DNA of 63,586 nucleotides, the filler included, from Asterionella formosa (Eukaryota): NCBI GenBank assembly GCA_002256025.1. It is 7 parts of 7 records of this genome, joined end to end, with 100 filler letters (N's around TTAATTAATTAA, not from the genome) between each part and the next. Parts side by side here need not be neighbours in the genome. Positions count along the whole stretch, not along the records: positions 29,201 to 56,495 come from NKIB01001545.1; 6 more parts are not named here. One strand, given 5' to 3'. The position numbers and the translations under genes were made by a program. This document shows positions 36,663 to 50,199 of this stretch, piece by piece (positions within the stretch are counted from its first letter, which is position 1; each line of letters opens with the position of its first letter). Below the pieces are notes generated by a model, which was given only the letters and a program-made list of their open reading frames with translations, did no database searches and was not told where the DNA came from.

Positions 36663-37785
36663 TATGATGTACATTCTTTCATCATAAATCTATCTTAACA
36701 TTATCGTATTTTTAATCAAAGTGACTCTTCAAACTATGGTGAAATAGACTATAATTTTGCTATAATTAGAAATGTTTCAACCTATAAACCGCCTTTTCGC
36801 CATCCGTACACGCACTATGCCTCGTCCTCCTTCGCTTATTCTTTGATTCCTGCAACATGATGGCAACGCCTCCGGTGGTTGACTGAGCCTTCCCCTTGCT
36901 CCCCACACTACTCAGTCACGTCAATTGAAGACAAACCAGCTACTGTCCTCACTGCAAATCAACTTCGAAAGGAATTGTTCTTCGCCAATCACTTATACAT
37001 TTGTCGTCAACAAAGACATCAACTTTCTTCACTCATACCTGATGAAATGAACAAGTCGAATTCAGCACATGTAGCACCAATTTGATACTTAGTGCTCTCA
37101 CTCAAGATAGTGTAACTCACAACAACTTGCTCCCTGCTGTGTGGCAGCACCGGAAGCCACCACGTTTGTTGGGGGGATATATGGAGGGTGAAGGTACTCC
37201 TCTGCCCAGGCTTGCAAAAAGGTTCCACATGCATCTCCATTTTGCTCAAGATGGCCAAAAGTAATAATCGAAAAAGAAAAAATGTGGTTTCAAATGTAAT
37301 CGACATTTTTAAAGTTTCTCAATATGGATCCCATTGACATTGACACTCCAGGCAAAAGTTACAGCATTTGCAAAAGATGCGATTCCCACAGCCTCCAACT
37401 TCTGATTCAACAATGACACGATCAATGCAAATAGGACATGGAACATGGCTGGTTGTATGGTTGAGGAGATTTATCAACTGGAGATGAAACAGTACTCACG
37501 GTTGATTGTTGCAATTACTGTTAAATTTATTGTGGCTCAAAGCAGAACCAGGATTATAAATGTAGAAGAATTGTTGCATTTGCTGTTATATTTTTGCTCA
37601 AAGCAGAACCAGGATTATAATTGTAGAAGCATGATGATTATATACTCCTGCAATTATATGTATATCTTCATCGAGCAATCATGTCGATATAACATAACCG
37701 TCTTCATTCTTTTTGAAATGGAACTCAATCAATGTGGCGCAAATTTCTACTTAGTTTAAATATTCAGACTGATACTTGCATCATA

Positions 37786-38004
37786 TATTGGGGAGCTGAA
37801 GCAGTATATTACGCAAATCCAAGTGCAAGGTTATCACGAAGACCAGGGTGAACAAGAAGCATTAGCTAAGTTTTGTAGTACACCAAATCCATCACCTTTG
37901 GGACTGTGTTTGTCAAGAATATCTTTCGCTTTATCACCTTGATTTAGGGGTAATACATCTGAAGAGGATGATACCGAGTACAGTGTATTACTGAAACGTT
38001 GATA
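37786..38004 (-). mobile_element. Fragment of a related Copia gag region abutting the 3' LTR
   Basis: Matches 41821-42050 (GDKAKD.LDKHSP..DGFGVLQ.LANAS.SPWSS in both). Confidence 0.8.
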
Positions 38005-38242
38005 TGTAATGAAAGAGGGAACAAGGGAGATCGACAATGTCGATGAATGAGAGTACTATGAGGGAAGGGGTGAGTCCGATAACTAACCTGACAAGCTCAA
38101 AAGGAGTTTGGAAGAAGGTGTGTTTGTTAAAAGAGTGATTAGAGTAGTTTAACCGGACTAGAATAACGAGTCACATAGAACACAACACTTCATGTGTCAG
38201 ACAAACAGATAGATCAGCAGCACAGACTAGTGATTTATAACA
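38005..38242 (-). repeat. 3' LTR of the Copia element
   Basis: TGTAATGAAAGAGGG...GATTTATAACA. The adjacent TCCACCCCACCC reads GGGTGGGGTGGA (PPT) on the minus strand. Confidence 0.92.
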
Positions 38243-41200
38243 TCCACCCCACCCATCTCTGGAAGAAGAAAGGGAAAAAGAAAGAAAATGGAATCAATAG
38301 TTTTCAGAGGACAGGAGAAAATGGATGAGCAAGAGCCCGATGACCAGCATCAAGGAAAGAATAACCCATCATGGTCATTCAGTGAGCACAAATGGTAAAG
38401 CTTTGGTGAAATGGTCCGCATAATTGTGAGCAGATGACACACGGTGAAAAGAGACTCGACCATGGCGAACATCTGCGTTCCTGGAGAGCCTGTGTCTTAG
38501 TGGCTATATGACGAACATTGCGATTGAGTTTGCCAGTATGCATGAGGTTGTGCAGCTGAGTTATCGTCACCAATAGCAATAGGAGTGTGGTAAGGGAGAG
38601 ACATATCTTCCATTTAAATTCTAAACCAGAGCACATGTTTAGATAATGTCGTAGTAGCAGCATCTAGTTCGGATTCTGTTGTTTTGTGAGCTGTAGTACT
38701 TTGTTTGCAACACAATGTAATAACAGCTGCACCATTTATCATGACTACTCCGCCAGAATAGGCGAGACGATCGAAAACCGCCCCTCCGAAATTTGCATCG
38801 GCAAATCCCTTGGTGATCGGAGCTTAACCTTGGCTGGCTTTCACACCCGAAAAATGCTTCTGTTCCTGCAGAAGGTGAGGCATGGTGATTTCATGGGCAA
38901 TAGAAATAACTGAACCACATTGTATATTTCGATTGAAAGTGAGAGGAAGGAGGTCAGGATAGCGACGAAGATATATGGCAATTTGAAGGAGTCCCTCAAA
39001 GTAGTAACATCCCAGGAGCATTTTGATATTTAGCAAGACGTTGAACTGCAGTTTGAATATCCAATCTAGTCCATTGACATAGATGTTGAAACTGCCCCAA
39101 TAGAGTGCGATATTCAAATCCATATGCTTTGATGGCTGATTTCATCTCGAGGCTGGAATATGGAATACAACTTGCGAAGGCTACTTTGTGCTGTATTCCA
39201 GCAAGCATAGGGAATATGCATATTTGCAATGGAGAGTGCTTGCTTATTCCATGTGGTACACCGTAAATAAATGTTAAAATCTCCAAAACCATATGGGTTT
39301 GATCAATAGTTCTACAATTTGGGCTAAATAGGAACCGACGTCCAAAACAATGTGAGACAATTCCCAAGTTGTGAACCCTCCAGTGAGATTTTAAAGTGGC
39401 AAAAATGTGATTTTACGTAGCGAGAGAATGTGTTCCAATGAGGATATCATCAGTAGCTCTGGCCATAGTAACGACAATAAGGTGAGTATTAATAATTCCT
39501 TGGTAAATGCATTGATCTTTTCGATTCTTTACTTGTTCAAGTTCCCCACATATGACTTTGTCAACATGTTCTCCCCATTCACGGGATGCATCTTTGCAAC
39601 CTTGAACATCATGTGCAAACATTTCAACTCCAACATCTTTCCATGGATATTTACTAGCCGGGAGTGTTTTAGTCATCGAGGCATATTCAGCAGGGAATCT
39701 AGCTTGAAACCATACAATTTACTCAGGAAACACTCTGAGCCAAATCCGATTGCCAGCTTCATTGGGATTCGCCGTGGTATTTTGAAATGCATTGCTGATT
39801 TTAAGAAGGTAGAAATCATAATGCAGATTTGTACCAATCGCAAGAAAAACTTTGATAGAAATAGCCCAAATGGTTCTTGTTCCAAAAGATTCAGTGTAAA
39901 CTATTACTCCTTTGATTTGGAAACTGCCATTCACGCAGAGGCGAACTTTTCGTTTTTGATTTGCTTCGCAGTATTAAGGACATATTTATCTAATAACTCT
40001 TCTGCATCATTAACTGTTCGAACATCATTACCGTTAATCTGTAAAAGAATGCGACCACTTAGTAATTGCGTAGGTCCTTCGGTCGTATGTCATCCAAAAG
40101 CACTGCAAGGTTAAATACCAATAATTTTGCAGCGAGCCAAATCAGGGAGATATTCTAACATGAGTCCATGTGCCTCATCAGGGAGAGATCTGAAATTTCT
40201 GTTTAAAGACATGTTATGAGGTAGCCACTGTGAACAGCTAGGTATAATATCATCAATAGCATGTCGAAGACGAGCCATGGTGTCGTGCTGTGCGTTGCTA
40301 CTGATTGGTCACTAGCTGAATGATCTAAGAGCGCCTTGGCAGCTGGCGAACGATCACTGGGAATACAATGAACGCACAATTTGTCGACTACTGCATGATG
40401 TGCATATTGAACCCGACCAGAATCACCAATATATTGATATGTATGAGCTGTTCCTTGAAAACCTACAAAAGTGCCAAGAAGTGGCTGTATTGGACTCTGG
40501 TCTGTGACGACTAGATCGACGATTTTTGACATGGAGGGGAGACCCAAATATGAAGGCCATGGATAAGTTAGGTGCGTGCTTGCGAAACAGTTCATGCAGC
40601 ATGCGGCCATTGTGCTCATTCGATGGTCGTACATTAAGAAGGAAAATTGCATAACTTATGCAATTTGATACATCATAGGAATATGATGGTTTTTATTTGC
40701 AGACGAAGTGACTGCAAAACACTATAAGGACGCATTCATTTGAGCTCCCTCCATACATCAAGCATTGAGCAGTGAGACCAATCAATTTGATAGATCCTCT
40801 GCTTTGCCGTTTTGAGAAGATGTACATGCTGCCCCTGTGGGTTCAGCTGTAATATGCGACAGTGACAATTGCGTTTTTAATGTGCTATTTGCAAATAATT
40901 CACCATCCATACAAATGCGACGATCGGTGTGACCTGTTCGAATTTGAATATGTTGAACAATCCATAAAATGAGTTTGACTCGGGTTGCTTTGGATTGGCG
41001 GCAGAACGTCCTTCGGTGACTGGAAATAGCTTCAGTGAGGATGACAAGAAAACATTTGAAACCACGACATGATTGTTTCCCATTAAAAAACTCCATGTGC
41101 AATGATTGTCCCAATACCTCAAGTGGAGATTCCTTGGTGATCTTTAGGAAGCAAAGGTTGTTTTTCTTTTAGACAGATAGGGCATGAGGAATTGGTGGGA

Positions 41201-43296
41201 ATAGGAACATGCGGGGGAAGACCAATGACACTCTTCCCAAAACAAATACAACGACACAGGGGATCATGTTTGACACCACACCAAGAGTAGTTGCATTTAC
41301 CATGTGGATTTTCTCTACAAGCTAGTTGAATAGCAGAGACAATGAGGGAATGAATAGCATGTTGGGTAGGATCAATAAATAAGCTTCCAGCGACGAGAGC
41401 ACATTCCAAAGTGTGTTCAACATCAATTGCAGGAACTAATACCCAAGTGTGAGTCCAGGAATGATTAGCCAAGTAAACTGAATTGGTCGATCGATGTGTT
41501 CGTGGGTTTGGCAGGCACCGCAGCAATGATTTAAGTTTCGAATTTTAACCCTCAACTTGGAGACGTAGAGGAACTGCATGCGCTTTCCAATGAGTAGAAT
41601 GAAGACGTAGATCATCAGATTTGAGAGAACGTAGGGCTAATAATTCTTCTTGAGGATAGTGAGCATTAGAGCCTAAGACTTGAAGGTAATGCAAGGGGAT
41701 ATCAACCAGCCAAAAGGTAGAATGCTCAGAATAAAGATATAAGGGTTCAAGCCATTGCGTTTAGTTGGTGTTGTACTTGGTCAGAGCATCAAGGACCTTG
41801 TGGTGATTGCCTGAAATGGTATATTGGGGAGCTGATGAAGCAGTATGTTTCGCAAATCCAAGCACAAAGTTATCACGAAGACCAGGGTGAAGAAGAAGCA
41901 TTAGCTAAGTCTTGTAATACACCAAATCCATCAACGTTGGGACTGTGTTTGTCAAGAACATCTTTAGCTTTATCACCGTGACTTAGGGGTAATACAGCAT
42001 CTGGAGAGCGAGGATTGTACCAAGTACAGTGTATTACTGAAACATTGATACTCACTTTCATAGTGTTCAGCATTAGCAGTGATGAAGAATTTATGCCCAA
42101 AGAGGATGTGCATGGAGGAGAGCAAGTCCCCATCAATAGGGGTCTCACGAAGATCTGCATCATAAAGTAAGTCCACAGCTTGGGGAAGTAAATCCATATG
42201 AAAACCAGTGGATTTGAGGGCAGAACGGAGAGAGTGATACCAGGCAAAAATGGTGAGCATCCAGAATGGAGAGCTTTGTTATAGCTTTACCCAACTGAGA
42301 GTATTGTCCCCCATAAGGACCTAAAAGCACAGCAGGCAGTGGAACTATAAAACTAGACAACGGGGAGTGCATAGGGATGGCAAAGTAAAGAGGGAATGCG
42401 AAGTCCGCGAAGGAATGTGCCAAGTTCAATTTCAGTGGGGGGCGTAGGACTAAAACGTGGAAGAAAAGGGTTATAGGAAGTGGAGGGAGAAATAGGAATA
42501 TGCTGTGATTCTTCATCACTTTTGGAAGAATCATCATCATCAGCGTCTTGATCCGGAGCAGGGACAGGATGCAGCACTTTGTGATTCCTCTGCGTGTTTT
42601 GACGACAAAGGTAATCATCTTAGCCATGAGTATCAGGAGGAATAATTGTGCTATGAGTTGAAACTTTACCATGATGACGCAAGTTTGTATGCCCCAAAGC
42701 AGGGGCACTGTGTAGGCTCAGTGTTGGATTTGTGTGTTTCAATACCAAAACTAAACAGGCACAACAAATATTTGCGAACATGTGCCACACCAATCACACT
42801 GCTAAGTGGAAGCCCTTGCCAGAGAAGATTATTGAGAACAAATTCAAGGTTCTTGTGTGATTGGAAAGATTGCGGTCTATTGCGAACTTCGCGTTCTTTT
42901 GCAGTCTTTTGGGAAAACGTGATGCGAGGATGGCTCAATTTTAGATAATACACCATTTTTGTACGGGACTTTTCGTACTTCGGAGTTTCTGTCAACTCCC
43001 ATTTGATCGTTTACTGTGGATTATTTCCGTAGCCAAAATAGTGTGATCCTTGGATGAAAATGATTCACAATGAAAAAGGAAAAATGCCGATGATGATGTG
43101 TAGTGAACGAGAGGAAGAAGGCACCTTTGAATGCCAAATAACACCACACTTCTGTTATAGATTACTCAATACAATTGACTACTGCTGCTGTGTAGTATAG
43201 TATACAGTTAGAGAGATGTAGAAGACAAATGAACGCTGCAAAAATAATCATGAGATCGAATAAACAATCAACAATTTCGTTTCTTTCAAGGAAACA

Positions 43297-43312
43297 GCTT
43301 GAGCTCATAACC
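43297..43312 (-). promoter_or_regulatory. Primer-binding site, internal (half) tRNAiMet type
   Basis: Directly inside the 5' LTR the minus strand reads GGTTATGAGCTCAAGC, resembling the copia-type GGTTATGGGCCCAG PBS. Confidence 0.75.
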
Positions 43313-43548
43313 TGTAATGAAAGAGGGAATGAGGGAGATCGACAATGTCTATGAACGAGAGTATGAGGGAAGGGGTGAATCCGATAACTAACCTGACAAG
43401 CTCAAAAGGAGTTTGGAAGAAGGTGTGTTTGTTAAAAGAGTGATTAGAGTAGTTTAACTGGACTAGAATAATGAGTCACACGAGTACACAACACTTCATG
43501 TGTCAGACAAACAGATAGATCAGCAGGACAGACTAGTGATTTATAACA
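43313..43548 (-). repeat. 5' LTR of the Copia element
   Basis: Direct repeat of 38005-38242 with about a dozen differences by eye. Confidence 0.92.
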
Positions 43549-43551
43549 ATA

Positions 43552-45847
43552 AGGCTGGTTGCATCAAAAAATATAATTACAGTAGCCCACGTAGCGCTGG
43601 TACAAACTATTATCCTTATCCCTACCGTAGGAAGGAATATCGCGCCGATTTGTTTGCTTCGATCGGTTCACCATGTTGCTCAATATCGCCGCCGTTTCCT
43701 GTGCAAAAGTGTTTTATATTCGTTTGTATAGTCATGAGTGAAATGCTTTTGGGGAATCACTTTTCACATGATATTTAAAAAGTTATAGCAATATCTGTTA
43801 TGGCCGCCATCAGTGACCCTTCCATTCATGATGTTTGGTTGCTGGTCGATCGATTCAGGGAATATCTTCACACGAAAAGTACTCTTTTGGCGATAACATA
43901 CATTTTAATACTAATAGATTGATAAGATATCTCAATAAGGTTTTTCCAAATCAATCTTTGGAGTCAAACGAGGTCACAATTTCCAAATGCATTAAGGGGA
44001 TGGTATTTCGACATGAGTATCAAACGAAAGTCAAAAGAAGGCAAAGATTTATTTACATTACAGGAAAGACAGTTTCAGTGGTTCCTTAGCTTCCTAAATA
44101 TGATAATTCATCTGAATGGGAAGACAAATGTGTTCCATTGAAGAGGCTACTAAGACATGGAAGCTGGGGTAATGATGGTCAAAATTTTCGTGATGGTCAC
44201 CACGTAAATTCATCTAGTAGTGGTAGTAGTAATTCACCTCAACTATTAGAGAAAGAAGTGACTCTACATACTGCCTTTGATTAAAATAGTAAAATGACTA
44301 TGACTGGTCTAGGAGATGAATTAAATTCAAGGAAAAGGACAAGTGAACAAGAACAAGAAGGAGAAGAAGGCAAAGAAGCAACTAGTAGACTATTATTGCT
44401 AGGGGGGAGTGATGAATCATCAGAACATCATTTGTTAGAGAGTTTGAATATGGGGCAAACTCAGAAGGCTACTGGTCCTATCAGCACATGGTATTGCAGC
44501 TCGAAGATTGCGTTGATGTTCTCAAAGTACTCTACCCTCAATTCGATTTCTTGTTTCTTTTTGATCACTCCTGTAGGCACAACTGTCAGAAAGAATATGG
44601 CTTAAATGTGGAATCAATGACTAAACCCTATGAAGGTGCCCAAAACGGTTGAGAAATATGGCAAACAAATGGTTACCAGGGACCTCACTTACCTAAGCTG
44701 GAACCAGGACAAACGCAATCAATGCAATCAATGTTATTCAGAATAGATGACACCGGACCATTCTGGATGACTCAAGTTGAACGAGATCAAAAGCGCCATG
44801 ACTTGGTACTGGAAGGACAAACAATCACAAGACAATACACAAAGGATGAGCTCCTTAAACAACTAAGGCAAAGAGGAATGTTAGCAAAGGGTAAGAAGCA
44901 AGCAATACAGTCCTCTAAGGCGCAAGAACACAACTTACCAATTGAAGAGACTAAAGCAAAAGTTATCGAAGGATGGGAAAATAAACCAAAGGGTCTGTTG
45001 CAGGTACTTTGGGAGCGTGGATTTATTGACTAATTGAGATTGGAGACCTACACGTTGAATGGAAAGCAGGATGCATTTGGATTTGTGCAGAAAGACTTTT
45101 CTTTGAAGTCGCTGAAGGGAAACTGTCTTGATTTCGAGGAAGAGGAGATACTATTGCAGTCAATGGGAAGGGAAATGGGAGTACTTGTTGACCGAACGCC
45201 GAAATGTCACTGTGAACTTGCAGGAGAGGGAATCGAGTATTCTTGGGGTTGCGCCAAGAATTTTTACTGTCGGGTTTCTCTGAAGAGGAAAAAGGGTAAA
45301 GAGGACTTCAGGTCTGTGGTGCGAGAGAGTCTGTCAAAAGACAAAGTGTTAACAACAAAAAGGATAAGACATTTTTCGAGGCGAGCAAGACAATATATAT
45401 GTGCATTCTTCAAGATTTGGAAAGATCTGGATGTACAACAACATGACAGGATGGACGCCGAAGTTGACACAACAACACATGAAGCGGACCCCATCAGTGT
45501 TGAGAAGCTTGTCAAACAATTCAAAACACACCGCTGTGCTCTCAATTTCGACACAACGTTCTGCAAGGCAACCTATGTCAACGATCTAACATAGCAAACA
45601 GCAGAGCAACGAAGCAAACAAGAAGCACGCAGCAAAATCAACAAACATGAAGGACGACAACAGGTCGATGTTACATACCTTTTGAGGGGAAATGAGCGGA
45701 GGGCAATATATTTATATCAAAGAATTTGCATCAATTTTTGTATGCGTCACAATTTTTTTCTCTCAATTATTAAATGCAAAAGAAAATCTTTACTGAGGCC
45801 TACGTTTCCTACTACCGGTATATTGATCTTCAGGTTGCAACCAGCCA
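43552..45847 (+). mobile_element. Tc1/IS630-like DNA transposon with TIRs, TA target duplication and a SAP-like motif; internally degenerate
   Basis: TA|AGGCTGGTTGCATC ... GTTGCAACCAGCCA|TA. Frames give YTKDELLKQLRQRGMLAKGKK (SAP-like), GWENKPKGLLQVLWERGFID and TPKCHCELAGEGIEYSWGCAK (C-terminal catalytic E region of DDE_3-type transposases). Confidence 0.8.
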
Positions 45848-46595
45848 TATGTGTTAAGGCTGGCAGGAAAAATTGTATCTACATCGAGCAATGTCGGGAT
45901 AATCATGACTGTCTTCATTCTTTTTGAAATGGAACTCAATCAATGTGGCGCAAATTTCTACTTAGTTTAAATATTCAGACTGATACTTACTTACATCATG
46001 GGAATACATAGAAACAAATTCCCTGTTCCAAGTCAATTGTACAACCCTAGCGATGTCTTACTCCAAACTAGGGTTAAGCCGGGGGCCGCAACCTGTTGAA
46101 GTGTGCCAGTAACTGGTAGTCTGTGTAAGAATAAATGCTTTTTACCTATGTTGTACTAAATCGTATACCGGTATTTATGATACTTCTCACAGAACTGGTG
46201 TGATTTAGGACAAATTTATTCAAAACACCACATCATATACGATCATAGAACTACCAGGTACCGGTATTTCTCTGAAGATGTCACAACCGGCAAGCTGTAT
46301 GCTGATCATGCTGTCAGATAAAAATGACTTGTTCCGGAAGTTTTAAAGAGAACCCGGAGTGTGGTGTCAAAAGCATAGTGAATAACAAGGCACTACCGGT
46401 ATATCGGTAGACGTCCTCAAGGTTGGGAGGTTTGCATCCCCTACCAGTCGCGTGTGGTCGGTGCTGCCGGGAAACTGCCGGTGTGTAGGAAAGTTTTGTT
46501 GTCGAGACAATATACGTCAGTGTGCAGGAAACGAGCCAAATACCGGTACTATGTATTACACGCAATGAGCCGCCTCATAATTTCGTGGTGACACA

Positions 46596-47756
46596 ATGGT
46601 TATCCAAACATCCAACTCTTGCAGCACACTTGTCTCGCTCGAAGAGTACAAGAAACCAATTGCTCAGGGTCTATCTAGCAGAAACGATGTAGTTACCTTC
46701 CAGAAAACAAATCTGCTGCTTCCCTCCGATTCTTTTGACGACGACGAGGACTGTTCATGTTTCGCTGCCGACCCGCACCTGTACCTTCCTTCTGCCGGAC
46801 CCGTCGATATATACCTGAGAGGCGTGCCACAAGTAATGGAAACGGCTGACGATCTCCTCTCAAATCCTGTCAAGGTCCTGGGTGCTTCTTCTTCTCAACG
46901 AATCCTTGCTGTTGGCCAAGGTGAAGTAGCTCATTGTACTCCTGATCAAGCAGATGTCATCGTAAGTGACAAGGCCACAACGTGTCATGTGCTCTTACTA
47001 AAATCGACCAGCAATAGAAGCAATGTCTTGGTTAGCTGTGCACACTTGGACAGTGTGCACTATGAGTCGTGTGTCAGAGCCATGATTGCCGAACATGAAA
47101 CACATCATAATTCTGGAGGTTGTGAACAGGAGGAGAAGAAGGACGACTACCGGTATCCTTCTCAAAACAGCAGTAGTGTTAGCATGGAAATTCACATTCT
47201 GGGAGGATTCGAAGACACCGAGTCTCGCAACATTTCCGACTGGCTGATTCGTCTGTTGGGATCCCTTTCCCATGAATTCCAGTCCACCATGAGCATGAGG
47301 CTTTCGACCTGTGCCATTTCTTCCATGAACGATGATGGTCGAGGTTGTCCTATGGGACGTGGATTTGCCATGAACCTGCACACTGGAACTGTCTTTTTGG
47401 CCAAGGTTGAGGCGAGTGTAGCTGGTCCACTATTGGCTCTCCGAGCCGCTCGGTTGTGGAGTGGCGGTGATAAGCCGCGTCGTCTGACCTTGATTCATGT
47501 GGCAAGCAACAAGAATATATCGATTCAACCATTTCAATATACACCCATGCCAGAGTCACTCTTGGCCCTTCCCGATCCTGTACTTTTGCACTGCACTTCA
47601 ACATCACCCCATGCTGAAGAACCTGAATTTTGTGACTTGATCAGATCAACTTTAATCTTTATGAATACGGTCAGGTCTGATAAAATCTTTAGTGCCTCTC
47701 GACCTCTCCTCTTTGTACGAGTGGGCCATTCCAATCAATGGAGACTTCAATCATGA
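46596..47756 (+). CDS. NTAN1: Protein N-terminal asparagine amidohydrolase, 386 aa
   Basis: VGQGEVAH...IVSDKATTCHVLLL...CAHLD, EIHILGGFED and CTSTSPHAEEPEF match the NTAN1 family. Intronless intact ORF. Confidence 0.88.
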   Translation: MVIQTSNSCSTLVSLEEYKKPIAQGLSSRNDVVTFQKTNLLLPSDSFDDDEDCSCFAADPHLYLPSAGPVDIYLRGVPQVMETADDLLSNPVKVLGASSSQRILAVGQGEVAHCTPDQADVIVSDKATTCHVLLLKSTSNRSNVLVSCAHLDSVHYESCVRAMIAEHETHHNSGGCEQEEKKDDYRYPSQNSSSVSMEIHILGGFEDTESRNISDWLIRLLGSLSHEFQSTMSMRLSTCAISSMNDDGRGCPMGRGFAMNLHTGTVFLAKVEASVAGPLLALRAARLWSGGDKPRRLTLIHVASNKNISIQPFQYTPMPESLLALPDPVLLHCTSTSPHAEEPEFCDLIRSTLIFMNTVRSDKIFSASRPLLFVRVGHSNQWRLQS

Positions 47757-48125
47757 GAATTTTTTGACACCTTTTTGTAATTTTTACCCAACCCACAAGT
47801 GGTTGGTGTTGCACCCTTTTTGCTATATTTTATTCATTTTTTGAACCAAACATTTCTTTTACACCCTACCCCTACAAACATAAATCATTGAGAAACCATT
47901 TTTACACTACAAGTTCTTCACTTAGCACTTTTATTCTATGAAAATAGTAACATTTTTTCTTTAAGAATGCCCCTTTCAGAAGCTTTGTATGTACCAAGCT
48001 ATTGACTTTCAACAAATTTATTACTGGAAGTTGTACTGATATAGTAGGGTTTTATATTACCTGCAATTGCTTGTATGATTTATGCATACAGATCCTGGTC
48101 CAGATACCAGTTAGTCTGTTCCTTA

Positions 48126-48310
48126 GAGCATCTCCAATGCATTGGCAAAATACCAAAGCCAATTCAAGTTGAAAGTATCAAAACACATCACTCGGTCAAG
48201 AAATTTTTTATCAATAGTCGAATTTTTCATTATTTTTCCCATGGCATCGACCAAATCCTAAAGTAGTCATATCTTTCGCCAAATTTTTAGAATAGAAATA
48301 GAGCTAGAGT
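48126..48310 (+). mobile_element. PIF/Harbinger terminal fragment
   Basis: TTA|GAGCATCTCCAATG start (Harbinger/Tourist-type terminus after TTA); about 185 bp homologous to 50200-50390. Confidence 0.7.
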
Positions 48311-48835
48311 GAAGTTGTGGTATGTGTATTGTAAAGTGATGTCCAGTATAAAATTGAAATGTTGGGTAATGGCTGGGTATACTTTACATTTTCACATGAT
48401 GATGAAGCGAGGGCAGTATTAGCGACTCATTGAATGATGACCACTTCTACCGCTTTGGTAACATGCAGCAAGAAAACGAGGAGGCAAAGCATTTGAGATA
48501 ATTTAGGGGAGGAGCATGCATCGAAGGTGGGAAAGTCGACTAATGCAATTTTTTAAATATTATCATTGCCTTTCCTGTAAATTCCTCGTTCCAATGCAGC
48601 TAGTACTACGCCTATCTAGTGCTACCCATCAAAAGATACTATCACTACTATGCATTTGTGTATTAGTATTCTAGAATGGATAAACCCTCTTCTGTTTTCC
48701 CCATTTGGTGTTTAAGCTAGGGGGATAGCTTCATAATCAATCATACTAGCTAGCATTGAAACATTACCTTTATTATTTTACACGCTTTTTGGAGTCATAT
48801 ACTACATCAAAATGATCATGGCTTGTAGATTAAAG

Positions 48836-49175
48836 GTCCTGCATCAATCAAGTACTCCACTGTGGCATTATGTCCATGAGCGGTGGCAGCAATAATCAAC
48901 ACATAGAGGCAGGTCGTCTTGGAGAATGCATTGGCGTAGTACTTATTCATCTGTTACTCCTTCCAAGATTTGAACAGTTTCCTTGAAACTTTGGTAAGCC
49001 CCAGCATGACACCAGCTTCCATCAATGCAGTGATACCATCCTTGTCAGTGGCGTTGATATCTGCCCTCTCCTTTTGCAAAAGCTTGACAATTTACAAGAC
49101 TCCGGAAGAGGCAGCTGGAATGAAGCATTCATTTCATCCCACACTCTAATATTAACATCTACTCCACCTTTGAGA
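48836..49175 (-). pseudogene. Ankyrin-repeat gene fragment
   Basis: Broken minus-strand frames give GVDVNIR, ADINATDKDGITALMEA and LIIAATAHGHNATVEYLIDAG. Confidence 0.65.
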
Positions 49176-50199
49176 CGAAAATCGTTCCTTTCTTGTCTCC
49201 GTTACTTGGAGCTCCAATAAAATCTGGCCGCAGGCGATGACATGGCAGTAATATCACAAGCCGAACTGTCTTTTCACCACTGTCACATAGTGTCGACTTG
49301 ACTTCTTTGCCAACTCGGATCAACAAGTTTGGCAATCAGCTGCAATCAAGCAAGATGTAACCATGTTTGCTATCTCTCAAAATATTTCCAGTCCTTCGCG
49401 ACACAGTGTGAGAACTTGGGAATGACAGTTAGCAAAGTCTTTTACTTGTCGCAATCCTTGCATGACTTCTTAGCCAAGCACCCACCTAATGATTATCTTC
49501 TTTCAAGAGAAGGTCAAGCGTCAAGGACCTGAAGGAATGCTCTACACACATGCATTCAGCAAGAGTTCTTATTTGATGTGATGATGAGGGAAACCGACGA
49601 ATATCTGTAAATAAACGTAGTATGTTATAATCAGTAAGACAGTAGACACAGGTGAATAAGTCTAATTTTAATTATATGATCGTAACAAGTATTTTGCCTT
49701 ATCTAGAATAACCCAAGCCAGGCAAATGCTCGCCAATACAACGGCGAAAAACGAAGACAAATAAGCCTTCAGACATTCAGGAATGATGAGTACATACATC
49801 GCACAAAAGGCCCATTACAGACGATAGTCCAATTTCCATCAGAACACCCTGAAGGAGACCCACAAATGAACCTCAAATGTCCATCACGAACACCAAGAAC
49901 GTAAATCGGTGGCAAGTTACAAATCGAATTCAAATCATAACCCGGAAACCCATCAGATATCTCACAGATGATTGTATACTAAATAGCTACTAGCATCATT
50001 CAAAGGAAGTACATTATTTGTCTACATTAATCATGAGAAGGTAGGTATATGTATTCTTGTAATTATGTATGCACTGATTAATTAAACCATTAATGTTAGG
50101 GCACTGGTGCGAGTCACAATCTAAACCAATAAAAATGCTTCTTTCATTTGGCCATAGTCGGAGTCTAGTCAACCAAATACCTGATATTTGGTCGTTATA

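Larger units (their letters stand above)
38005..43548 (-). mobile_element. Ty1/Copia LTR retrotransposon (CoDi-like), full span, coding region degenerate
   Basis: Two TG...CA LTRs. Minus-strand order gag, integrase (GQSLHMEF, SSQNGKAE), RT (YRTLLGQFQHLCQWTRLDIQTAVQRLAKYQNAPG), RNase H (FADANFGG, NRNVRHIATK). PBS and PPT present. Confidence 0.92.

Noticed and set aside
36149..36667. 172-aa ORF with an internal repeat
   Set aside because: Produced by the ~210-bp AT-rich tandem duplication; no ATG start in the track call and no protein-like signal.
39407..40114. 235-aa plus-strand ORF
   Set aside because: Antisense shadow of the decayed Copia pol region.
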